DNA of 64,000 nt from Octopus sinensis (taxonomy: Eukaryota), in NCBI RefSeq assembly GCF_006345805.1, contig NC_042998.1, positions 26,350,001 through 26,414,000 on the forward strand, in the 5' to 3' direction. Made by a program: the position numbers and the translations under genes. Shown here one piece after another: positions 49,270-60,800 of this stretch (position 1 is the first letter of the stretch; each line of letters begins with the position of its first letter). Under the pieces are notes generated by a model. It searched no databases. It was not told where the DNA came from and worked only from the letters and a program-made list of their open reading frames with translations.

Positions 49270-50527
49270 CAGGGGTTGGACAAAATAATGGAAACACCTT
49301 AAAATTTCAAACAAATTTAATTTAATATGGGGTAGGACCGACTTTGGCAGTAATTACAGCTTAAATTCTACGAGATACAGCCTCGTACTGATTATAAATT
49401 GTTTCCAAAGGAATTTTTGCTCATTCTTCAGCTAAAACAGTCTCCAGTTCTTGTAATGATGATAGTGGAGGATATCGACTTCTTACTTGTTTTTCTAAAA
49501 TGCATCATAAATGTTCAATGATATTGAGATCTGGTGTCTGTGGTGGTCAGATAAGATGTTCAACTTCACTAGAATGTTCCTCGTGCCATTCAATAACAAC
49601 TTTAGCTGTGTGAATTGGTGCATTGTCATCCTGATAGATTGTGTTTCCCTCCGGAAACAGTTCTGCAACCATAGGATGAATTTGATCAGATAAAATGCTT
49701 AAATAGTCTTGACTATTAATTCTGCCATGAAGGGAGACCATTCGGCCAGCTGATTTCCAATATATAGCCCTCCCCACCAGATCATCACAGAGCCTCCTCT
49801 ATGTTTAACAGTTAGAGGGAGACAGTCTCAGTCAAATGCTTCTTTTGGCTGTATCCACACATATACTTGGCAAGTGGTTGAAAATAAGGTAAAGGATGAC
49901 TCGTCCAAGAAAATAACATTCTTCCACTGCTCTAGGGACCAATTCTGTAGGTTTTTACTCCACTCTAAATGCTTTGCAACGTTCATTTTTGAAAGTAATG
50001 GTTTTCTGATTGCAGTGCTCCCACGAAATCCGGCTTTGTGCAGCTCCTAGTGAACAGTTTTTGAGGAAACTGAGGTAGTCATTAAGTTCTGCAGTAATTT
50101 TGGGAGCTATACTTTTGTGATCCTTTCTAACAATTTGCATAAGAGTGCAATGGTCCCTATCTGAAAGTTTGGCTTTTCTTCCAGAGTTTTGTTTCAACAA
50201 GGAGGTTTTTCCCTCTTTCTCTAAGGCTGTCATTATTTTCGAGACAATACTTCTTGATACACCAAATATTTTGGCTGTTTTCGTTACACTAGCACCTGCC
50301 ATACAAGCACCAACAATTTGACCTCTTTGAAAGTCCGATAGATCTGTCATTTAAATGAATTTTAATTAGCTTTTTCTGGCAATATCTGAAAAGAAGCATC
50401 AATTTTAGCAAAACATATTAGCAACACTAATTGATAAATCAAAAAACATTAAAATAAACAAGTTATTGATGGTTTTATAAATATTTCAAAATTATGATGC
50501 TGGGTGTTTCCATTGTTTTGTCCAAGC

Positions 50528-50531
<4 letters not shown>
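49270..50531 (-). mobile_element. Near full-length Tc1 transposon with pseudogenised transposase (DD36E spacing)
   Basis: TIRs CAGGGGTTGGACAAAATAATGGAAACACC / CAGAGCTTGGACAAAACAATGGAAACACC inside (TA)n; MTDLSDFQRGQIVG...; QDDNAPIHTAK...HLI*PPQTPDLNIIEHL; frameshifts and stops. Confidence 0.93.
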
Positions 50532-50577
<46 letters not shown>

Positions 50578-50671
50578 TATACGTATATATATTTCAGATA
50601 ATTGATAGGGAAGATAGAGTGTACTGTAAGCTTTATTTAGCAAGAGGCTCATTTCAGCTTACATCTACACC

Positions 50672-50739
<68 letters not shown>

Positions 50740-50834
50740 CAGTTTCTACAGCTGGATGCCCTTCCTAACACCAACCACTCCGAGACTGTAGTGGGTGCTT
50801 TTACATATATATATACACACATCAGAGGCTCGGG

Positions 50835-51228
50835 CATGGTTATCTTGTAAGAAGTTTGCTTCCTAGCCACACAGTTCTGTGTTCACTCCTGCTGCATGGC
50901 ACCTTGGCAGATGCCTTCTACTATAGCCTTGGGCTGACCTAAGCCTTGTGGGTGGATCAGGTAGATGGAAACTGAGTCAGTCATATATGTGCACACACGT
51001 GTGTGTGTGTGTGTTTGTCCCCCACTATGACTTGACAACCAGTGTTGGTCTGTTTACATCTCTGTAGCTTAGCAGTTCAGCAAAAGAAACCGATAGAATA
51101 AGTATCAGGCTTTTAAAAAGTAAAACATAAACAAAATAAGTCCTGGGGTTGATTTGCTCGACTAAAATTCTTCAAGGCAGTGCTCCAACATGGTCACAGT
51201 CTAATGACTGAAACAAATGATGAAAGAT
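50835..51228 (+). mobile_element. Diverged SINE-A
   Basis: Family match. Confidence 0.78.
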
Positions 51229-51296
51229 GAAAGAAGTGTGTGTGTGTACATATAGTTATGAGTGCAAAAACGTTTAGAGTATGTGACACATATCTA

Positions 51297-51687
51297 TCTA
51301 TATATATAAAGCTGAAGTTGTCTGTGTGTGGCAGGTTTGGTAGCCTTCAACTAACACTATCCCCTTCAAGACCCTGCGGCGCAAGTTGACCAAAATTGAG
51401 AATATGATAGAAGAAGGCTTGCTCTTCTTCCGTAGAAGAAAAAATTCAAATTGGACCTTGTTAACACCAAAAATTATTTACATCAAAAAGGTGCTTTTTT
51501 TTTCTATGAAAATCCCTATTTTTTACGATTTTTTGACTGCTGTGTTGCCATTTATCGGTGTATTTCAACCAGAAAAATGTTCACTTAAAGAGTATAACAA
51601 GCTACACAATGCAAAAGTTTTACTTTTCAAAAATTCCAATTCTAAATGGTCAAAACAAACCCAAGCAACGCCGGGCGATACTGCTTG
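51297..51687 (+). mobile_element. Non-autonomous Helitron, second family
   Basis: 5' TCTATATATATAAA; 3' AAACCCAAGCAACGCCGGGCGATACTGCTTG|T. Confidence 0.78.
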
Positions 51688-52454
51688 TATATGTATAAGA
51701 CCAGAATGCTGTATTTCACAACAAATGTCATTATTATAATAACACTAAACAGCATCACTTTGAAATAGGTGTTTAATCTTTCACGTATTTAAATAATTCA
51801 GTAATAAATATGTTTCCTTCTGTAGAAAGAAAGAAAAACACAAGACGGGGAAAAAAAAAAATAATGAGGAAGAATGAAAACTGACAAAAACACGCCAGTT
51901 TATTAGAAGTAATTTGACAAGGAATGATGATACTTCTTGACAATGATGCAACATAATAAATGAGTTTTGGTAGAAAAAGTGTCAGAAAGAATAAATGTAG
52001 AAATGAAAATAGTTCTTCAATTGAAACTTATTTACCTGGTTTTTAACATCAAAACAAATATATTTCTTGATTGATAAATACAATATCATTTTATCAAAGA
52101 GAAGTTTCTTATGGCTGAAAATTACATAACGTGGGCAGATATATTTTCCTTTCAGCTAAAGTGAGAGTCTCTACACAGTTGCTTGACCTGCAAGAAATAC
52201 CAACCAAATCACCCTCAAATTATTATTATTATTAGGTTTGTGCATAATTATTGTGGCTTTTTGTCAATAAATTTTATTCAACAAAATATTTAAACAAAAC
52301 ACCAATCAGAAATTGAAGTAGATGGTGACTATGCTCCAGAATAATTATTCAAAGATGTTTTTGTTCAATGTTGTTATTGTTTTTGTTGAGTAAAATTTAT
52401 TGAGAAAAAGCCGCAATAATTATGCACCAACCTATCATAAGGCATTTTTGTGTC

Positions 52455-52632
52455 TCTGGCCAAAATGCTTCATGGCATTTTGCCTGTCTTTACAGTCCAA
52501 GTTAAGATTCCACTGATGTCGGCCTTTGCCATCTGTCCTTTCAGGGTCAATAAAATAAGTACCAGTTGTGCACAGGGGTCAATGTAGTTGACTTCTCTTT
52601 CCCTGAAATTGCTGGTCTTGGTCCACAATAAG
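52455..52632 (-). mobile_element. Diverged SINE-B
   Basis: CCTTTGCCATCTGTCCTTTCAGGGTCAATAAAATAAGTACCAG core; this core reads in the plus orientation, so strand is uncertain. Confidence 0.55.
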
Positions 52633-53387
52633 AAACTAGCATTACTTTTTATTTGCTTTTTAAAAAAAGAACTTATTAGACAGTGTACTCCTAGGTACAT
52701 TATGTGAGGATAATAAAAGGCTAGATGTTCATGGTTGGAATATCCCCTATTATAGATCTACTCAGTCAGAACTAACTTGGAACAAAACAACAAACTGAAT
52801 TTATTACCTTGAGCTAATGAAAGAACCATTGGTTGTGAGCTCACAGGGAGACACTCTGAGGGTAACTGAATGCTCAAAAGGGTTGTGAATTAAACCAGAT
52901 ACAATACACATATTTTAGATACATTTTCAAAGAAATCTTTGTGCAGGATAAAATATGAGTAAAACATTACATTATCAGAGAGCAGAAAATATGATTGATG
53001 ATGTGTCAAAGTCCAAAATAATTTCATTATGTAAGCTTTTGTCATTTTCTTTTGTAATTTCCTTCAAAATTATTATAGTGGACAATAGTTCGCACAAATA
53101 TCTAAAAAGAGGCACATGCTGGATGAGAGATTGTAAAATATGGATAATAAGCCATTGTGTAAAATTAGCTTCTGTCTGATTAAAATAATTTGCTGTTTTG
53201 CGGGGTTTCTTTGGCTGTGCAAAACATGGGGTGGTGGGTGTGTAACATGCCATTTTGTGAAGTTGTGGGGAGTGGGTGGGTGCTGAAGTACCACAGCTCC
53301 ACACAATTATATGAATTACAAGACATGGTAAACGAGTCACTCTCAAATCACAAGCTGTTTTTTTTTTTTTTATGTCCACAAGAATGG

Positions 53388-53790
53388 ATGTGTAGTAAGA
53401 AGCTTGCTTCCCAACCACATGGTTCTGGGTTCTGTCCCACTGCGTGGCACATTGGACAAGTCTTCTACTATAGTCTCGAAACAACCGAAACCGTGAGTGT
53501 ATTTGGTAGACGGAAACTGAAAGAAGCCCATCATATATATAGATATGTGTATATGTATGTATGTATATATTTGTGTGTGTCTGTGTTTGTTCCCCCCACC
53601 ACCACCATCGCTTGACAGCTGATGTTGGTTTGTTTATGTCCCCATAACTTTGCAGATCTGCTAAAGAGACCAGTAGAATAAGTACTAGGCTTACAAAGAA
53701 TAAGTCCCAGGGTCAATTCCTTCGACCTAAAGACAGTGTTCCAGCATGGCCACAGTGAAATGACTGAAACAAGTAAAATAAAAGAAAAAA
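53388..53790 (+). mobile_element. SINE-A
   Basis: Family match. Confidence 0.85.
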
Positions 53791-54059
53791 GAATATATTG
53801 AATAATGTGGTCCCATGTAGATTAGGGCTTGATGGAGGGCAGGGTAACCATGAGTAGAGCTTCAATTATAGGATTCTCATGTGTGCCTAATTTGAAGTTA
53901 AGCACACATGAGCACGCACACACACACACACAAGCGAATAGAATACACACACATACACAGACTCACACATGTTTATGAACTCATAGAGGCACAATAAACC
54001 AATAGATACACACACATATCTATATATACACACACTTACACACATATTCACTCAAGTAT

Positions 54060-54500
54060 GCATACAGACACATACATACATATATACGAGCAAGTGCAAA
54101 GTCACACACATGCATACACTGCAAATCCACATGCAAGCATACACACATTCACAGACAACATACATGCACACATATACATACTCTCACACACACATACACA
54201 CACATGCTCTCGCACATACACATACGTACACAAACACACACATTCCAACACACATATACATGCACATGCACACACTCCAACACATGCTCTCACACATGCA
54301 CAAACACTCAAAAACATGCTCTCACACACACTCAGATGCACGCATGCCCTCACACACACACACTCCAACACACATATACTCTTATAAACACACACACACA
54401 CATACAAGCACACTCTCAAAATCACATATGCCTTCACACATACATACACACACACACATACAGAGACACATACACACACTCTCCAACACACATATGCCTT

Positions 54501-54533
<33 letters not shown>

Positions 54534-54680
54534 TCCAATACGCATATGCTCTCACACATACCCACACATGCCCTCGCACTCACTCAGACACACAGACGCC
54601 TTCACACACACTCAAGCACCCACACACACATGCAGACTCCAATATAACCTCTCACACACACACACACACACACACAAATT
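54060..54680. repeat. CA-rich degenerate minisatellite
   Basis: Recurring CACACACTCCAACACACATATGC(C/T)CTCACAC units. Confidence 0.85.
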
Positions 54681-55071
54681 TGGTAATATTTTCTTCAAAT
54701 ATTAAATCGCAATGTTTAGAAGTTGTTTTGAAACAGATAAAACTATTTCTTCGCCATAAATCTGACATGAACTATTTTTATTGAAACTATTTTCAAAGCT
54801 AATAATAGTTAATAAAAAGACAATTGCCACAGAAGCTATTTGAAGAATTTGCTTTAGATTAAACAAACAGGAAAAGTGAAAAGTTTCAATAGACTGGAAA
54901 TCTGCTTCAAAATATGTGTTTAATTCTTAGCTTATTTATTTAATAATTTTGGAAATGATAATGAAACAATATATCTGCAGCGAACTATATAATGGAGAGA
55001 TGTGTTTTTCTGTAAACTGCAGCAAATGCAACGATTGCTGGAACTTAAATGATATATATGTGTATATATAT

Positions 55072-55470
55072 ATATACTCTTTTACTCTTTTACTTGTTTC
55101 AGTCATTTGACTGCGGCCATGCTGGAGCACCGCCTTTAGTTGAGCAAATTGACCCCGGGATTTATTCTTTGTAAGCCCAGTACTTATTCTATCGGTCTCT
55201 TTTGCCGAACCGCTAAGTGACGGGGACATAAACACACCAGCATCAGTTTTCTAGCGATGTTGTGGGGACAAACACAGACACACAAACACACACATACATA
55301 TATACGACAGGCTTCTTTCAGTTTCCATCTACCAAATCCACTCACAAGGTATTGGTCGGCCCTGTGCTATAGCAGAAGACACTTGCCCAAGATGCCATGC
55401 AGTGGGACTGAACCCGGAACCATGTGGTTGGTTAGCAAGCTACTTACCACACAGCCACTCCTGCGCCTAT
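55072..55470 (-). mobile_element. SINE-A, full length
   Basis: Consensus match. Confidence 0.92.
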
Positions 55471-55529
55471 AGATATATATAATTTTTTTTTGTGGGTGGG
55501 TATGTGTCTGCCTCTGTGTATGTGTAATA

Positions 55530-56030
55530 ATAATGATCCTCATCATCGTCACAGCATCCTGCAGTAGCGTCATCATCATCGTCGTCATCATCCTCATCAA
55601 CAACAACACCAGCATCAGCAGCATCGTCTCATCGCCACCAACAGCAACACTACCATCAGCATCATCACCACCAACAACACCAGCAGCATCTTCATCATCA
55701 TCATCATCAACAGCAGCAGCAGTAGCATTATCATCATTATCATCATCATCACCACCAACAACACCAGCAGCATCTTCATCAACAGCAGCAGCAGTAGCAT
55801 TATCATCATCAACAACAGCAGCAGTAGCATTATCATCATCATTATCATCATCATCACCACCAACAACACCAGCAGCATCTTCATCATCATCAACAGCAGC
55901 AGCAGTAGCATTATCATCAACAACAGCAGCAGTAGCATCATCATCACCACCACCAACAACAACAACACCAGCAACATCTTCTTCATCATCATCACCACCA
56001 TCAGCATCGTCATCCCCACCACCGTCGCTA
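55530..56030. repeat. Compound CAT/CAG/CAA/CAC trinucleotide array with higher-order units
   Basis: CACCACCAACAACACCAGCAGCATCTTCATCA... recurs at about 55665, 55750, 55855 and 55945. Confidence 0.9.
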
Positions 56031-56589
56031 TTACTTCGCATCAGCTTTTCATGCCAGCATGACTTGGATGCTATGCAACAAGCAGAATCCAAGAAGACGG
56101 ATGACCCAGTGCTGGACACCAATGAATAGGTTTTGCCATAGTAACTTTGGCTGGACGCCTCTTTCTAATGCCAACCATTTTACGGAGTGCCCTGTGTGCA
56201 CTTTTCATATCTGCTGTACTTGCAAATTACAAAGCACCCTCGCAAGCCTTGGGTATAAGTGTCGATGAATGTATATATATATATATATATGTGTATCTAC
56301 CCAGTTATAAGTGTATATGCTTGTGTGTGTGTACATGCATGCATAGGTATACACGCAGCATTCCACTATTAATTGCTCGTATCTAAATATTGCATCTATA
56401 TTAAATGTTATCATCATCATCATCATTTAATATTTGGTTTCAATGTTGGCATGGATTGGATGGTTTTTGACCAGGGGACCACACCAGGCTCTATTGTCTA
56501 TTTCGGTATGGTTTCTATAGCTGGATGTGTACACATGAACAAAATAAGAATAAACAAAAACAACAACAACAAAAACAAATTTCATGAAC

Positions 56590-56763
56590 GTAGGCGCAGG
56601 AGTGGCTGTGTGGTAAGTAGCTTGCTTACCAACCACATGGTTCCGGGTTCAGTCCCACTGCGTGGTATCTTGGGCAAGTGTCTTCTACTATAGCCTCGGG
56701 CCAACCAAAGCCTTGTGAGTGGATTTGGTAGATGGAAACTGAAAGAAGCCTGTCGTATATATG

Positions 56764-56796
<33 letters not shown>

Positions 56797-56997
56797 CTGT
56801 GTATGTTTGTGTGTCTGTGTTTCTTCCCCTAGCATTGCTTGACAACTGATGCTGGTGTGTTTACGTTCCCGTCACTTAGAGGTTCGGCAAAGAGACCGAT
56901 AGAATAAGTACTAGGCTTACAAAGAATAAGTCCTGGGGTCGATGTGCTCCAGCATGGCCGCAGTCAAATGACAGAAACAAGTAAAAGAGTAAAGAGA
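56590..56997 (+). mobile_element. SINE-A, full length
   Basis: Consensus match. Confidence 0.9.
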
Positions 56998-57329
56998 GTA
57001 TATAAACAGAAGATACAAATATTGCAGGCATCCCCCCACACACACACACTAAATAAACATAGACGCACATAGAGATATAAGCATGCGCAAATGAAGACAT
57101 GCAATAGAAATACAAAATGGCTGACGGTTAGTAAGGAGAGACACAAATAAGAAAGAAGAAAACAAAGGACCACTGATGTGGTCACAGGAGTGTCACGAAA
57201 GAACTCTGGCCGAAATAAGATTAAGATAAATGTAAAAAAATAAATAACACTGAAGCAAAATAACACCAAATATATAGTGCGTGTATTTTTATTGGCTAAA
57301 CTGGCAAAATGACCATTCCGAAATATAAC

Positions 57330-57367
<38 letters not shown>

Positions 57368-57406
57368 TTATCATAATTTTCAGTGAAATATTGTCCAGGT
57401 AAAAAT

Positions 57407-57473
57407 CAGCTGATGAAGACTAATCAATTTTACGTTCACAAACATATTTGAAGAGTCCGAAACCAAAGTACTG
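57407..57473 (+). ncRNA. Type I hammerhead-like motif in a (TA)n-flanked element (about 57360-57670)
   Basis: CAG-CTGATGA-AGACT-loop-AGTCC-GAAA-C-CAAA-G-T-A-CTG. Confidence 0.55.
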
Positions 57474-58050
57474 CATTATCTAATTCCAGGTTGTCCATTT
57501 ATCGAATGTTCTTCCTAGAGGTAAGACAAAATTTTTCATGTTTGCTGCATTCACATGTCTTTGCCAGTATATACGCAGTGAAGCTTTACTAAAGCGTCAT
57601 AAATGTATCGACTGCTATTTTCCAGTAAATATTGGCGCCTTGTTGTACCACTACTCTATAGTTATACTTTATCATATATATATTTATATTTATATTTGTA
57701 TATATACCTTATTATTAAAGTGGCAAAAACATCATGAAAATATCCCAAAAGACTGTCGTCCGTTGGGCAGTTGTGATCAAGAATGCAATAAAGATTTTTA
57801 TTCCATTCTTGATGGCAACTGCCCAACAAACAAGAATGTAGCAGTTTTTTGTGAAATTTTCGTGATGTTTTGGCAGCTTTAATTGGTATTCAACTATTTT
57901 TCTCCCATCATTGTTTCATATTTATGTCTTTACTCGGGTATATGTGATTTTCTATGTAAATGATGATATTTCTTTCACTTTGCTGCTTTTCTGTCTACGA
58001 AATGAGAAGATACATTGCAGAACTGTTATTTTAACGAGTTGTGTCTATTT

Positions 58051-58133
58051 ATCACCTGATGAGACACATCTACACTGCCAGATGCTCCTGAAACAGGGAT
58101 TGATGCTGGATATATCGAAACAATTGTCATGAT
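58051..58133 (+). ncRNA. Type I hammerhead motif with extended stem II
   Basis: ATCAC-CTGATGA-GACACATC-insert-GATATATC-GAAA-C-AATT-G-T-C-ATGAT. Confidence 0.65.
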
Positions 58134-58204
58134 TAATAATAAAAATTCTCATACATTCCATCTTATGTCCTTCATTTGACATATATATATATATATATAT
58201 ATAT

Positions 58205-58558
58205 GTTTCACCTTGACCGACCACTCCGTCAGGCATCCATTTGACACCGCTGGTCACAGCACGCTGTCCACTCCTTTCTGGATCACACCTTTCTCATCCA
58301 CGTGATCCCAATCGTCCTCCTGAAATCGTAACTCCACAGTCATGGAGGCCTTCTGAGTGGTCATTTCTGCTCATGCGAGTACCACTCGACAACTGCGCAG
58401 GTCCACCAATTATCGGTGATCCGGGTGACGTGTCCAGCCCATCTAAATTTGCTGTGTGTATACTCTGCGATGACATCCCTCATGCCGGACTTCTTTCTGA
58501 TGTGCTCTCTCAATGAGATACCAAGCATTGACCTTTTCATGGCTCTTTGAGCCATTAC
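58205..58558 (-). mobile_element. RTE-1-type LINE 3' fragment
   Basis: AQRAMKRSMLGISLREHIRKKSGMRDVIAEYTHSKFRWAGHVTRITDNWWT. Confidence 0.85.
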
Positions 58559-58571
58559 CAGTCTCCTGAAT

Positions 58572-58613
<42 letters not shown>

Positions 58614-58620
58614 ATATATT

Positions 58621-59950
58621 ATAGGTGCAGGAGTGACTGTGTGGTAAGTAGCTTGCTTGCCAACCACATGGTTCTGGGTTCAGTCCCACTGCATGGCACC
58701 TTGGGCAAGTGTCTTCTACTATAGCTTCAGGCCAACCGAAGCCTTGTGAGTGGATTTGATAGACGGAAACTGAAAGAAGCCCATTATATATATATATATA
58801 TATGTTTGTGCGTCTGTATTTGTCCCTCCCATCCCATAATCGCTTGACAACCGATGTTAGCATGTTTACATCCTCATAACTTTGTGGCTCAGCAAAAGAG
58901 ACTGATAGAATAAGTATTAGGCTTACATAGAATGTGCTGGGGTCGATTTGTTTTAGTAAAGGCAGTGCTCCAGCATGACCTCAGTCAAATGAGTGAAACA
59001 AATAAAAGTATATATATATATATAAAAGTATATATATATATAAATACACACACTCTCTCTCACACACACACACACATACATACATATATATATATATCAT
59101 CATCATCATCATCATCATATATATATATATGTATACACACACACACTTATATATGTTCTACCACTTACACCAATGGGCTCAACATACACATACACACATA
59201 TATATACCTAGATATGCATACATATATACAGAGGGGGAAAGAAAGAGTGATGAGGGAGAGACCAAATTATATATTTATATATATATTATAGGTGCAGGAG
59301 TGACTGTGTGGTAAGTAGCTTGCTTGCCAACCACATGGTTCTGGGTTCAGTCCCACTGCATGGCACCTTGGGCAAGTGTCTTCTACTATAGCTTCAGGCC
59401 AACCGAAGCCTTGTGAGTGGATTTGATAGACGGAAACTGAAAGAAGCCCATTATATATATATATATATATATATGTTTGTGCGTCTGTATTTGTCCCTCC
59501 CATCCCATAATCGCTTGACAACCGATGTTAGCATGTTTACATCCTCATAACTTTGTGGCTCAGCAAAAGAGACTGATAGAATAAGTATTAGGCTTACATA
59601 GAATGTGCTGGGGTCGATTTGTTTTAGTAAAGGCAGTGCTCCAGCATGACCTCAGTCAAATGAGTGAAACAAATAAAAGTATATATATATATATATAAAA
59701 GTATATATATATATAAATACACACACTCTCTCACACACATACACACACATACATACATATATATATATATCATCATCATCATCATCATCATATATATATG
59801 TATACACACACACACTTATATATGTTCTACCACTTACATCAATGGGCTCAACATACACATACACACATATATATACCTAGATATGCATACATATATACAG
59901 AGGGGGAAAGAAAGAGTGATGAGGGAGAGACCAAATTATATATTTATATA
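58621..59950 (+). repeat. Tandem duplication with a 667-bp period, each unit containing a SINE-A plus flank
   Basis: ATAGGTGCAGGAGTGACTG at 58621 and 59288; units near-identical through GAGAGACCAAATTATATATT. Confidence 0.92.
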
Positions 59951-60087
59951 TGTAGAGTATGTAGAGAGAGACAGAGAGAGATATGGAGGAGAGACGAGAT
60001 TACTACCAATTATAAAAGCACTGAAGGAATTTTATCTAGAAATATTAAATAATACATATATTGCACCATACCTAACACCAAATTATA

Positions 60088-60150
<63 letters not shown>

Positions 60151-60199
60151 ATATAGCCACCATAGACTCAATCAAATGACTGAAATAAGAAACAGAGTA

Positions 60200-60278
60200 G
60201 AATAACATTACTTGCATTTGTCCTCATCTTGTTTGTTGTGAACAATTCCAGGCAGTGACCTGAATAATAATGATAATG

Positions 60279-60311
<33 letters not shown>

Positions 60312-60620
60312 TGCCTGGTGTACCCTTATCAGACAGATAGTCATGATGGGTATACTGGGCTTCGTATATTTTACCCCAGTGTCACTTTGATGGTATGCAC
60401 TGCTCTCTCATAATAATAGTAACAACAACAACATTGAATAATACCTTAGGAATGAGAACCCAGGTTTTAAATTTCCCCAAGACACCTGATGAAGGTTGGA
60501 GGGTATATCAGCCGAAACATTGTGTTAACAACAAACAAGATGAGGACAAATATCTGTCGAATGTAAATAATGTAAATAATGTACATAATTCCTCATCTCT
60601 TAAATATAGAACAGAGTAGA
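60200..60620 (+). mobile_element. Penelope pLTR (60430-60620) with an inverted partial pLTR (60205-60245)
   Basis: Homologous to the pLTR of the GIY-YIG element at 15585-16305. Confidence 0.8.
60481..60526 (+). ncRNA. Minimal type I hammerhead motif in the pLTR
   Basis: GACAC-CTGATGA-A-GGTTG-GAGGGTATAT-CAGCC-GAAAC-ATT-GTGTT. Confidence 0.65.
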
Positions 60621-60689
60621 ATAAATTTAGGTAAAAAATGGTTCCTTTTTAATAGCAGTGATACTAGTAACATCAAAACAAATACACAC

Positions 60690-60800
60690 AACCAGGTACA
60701 GCTTTCCAGCATACCAGGTCTGGTTAAACTGTCCAACCCATGGAAAACTGATATTAAACAATTGTGGTTTATGATGACAACAATGATGATGATGATACAC
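60690..60800 (+). mobile_element. Diverged family C tail
   Basis: AAACTGTCCAACCCATGGAAAACTGATATTAAAC...ATGATG. Confidence 0.55.
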
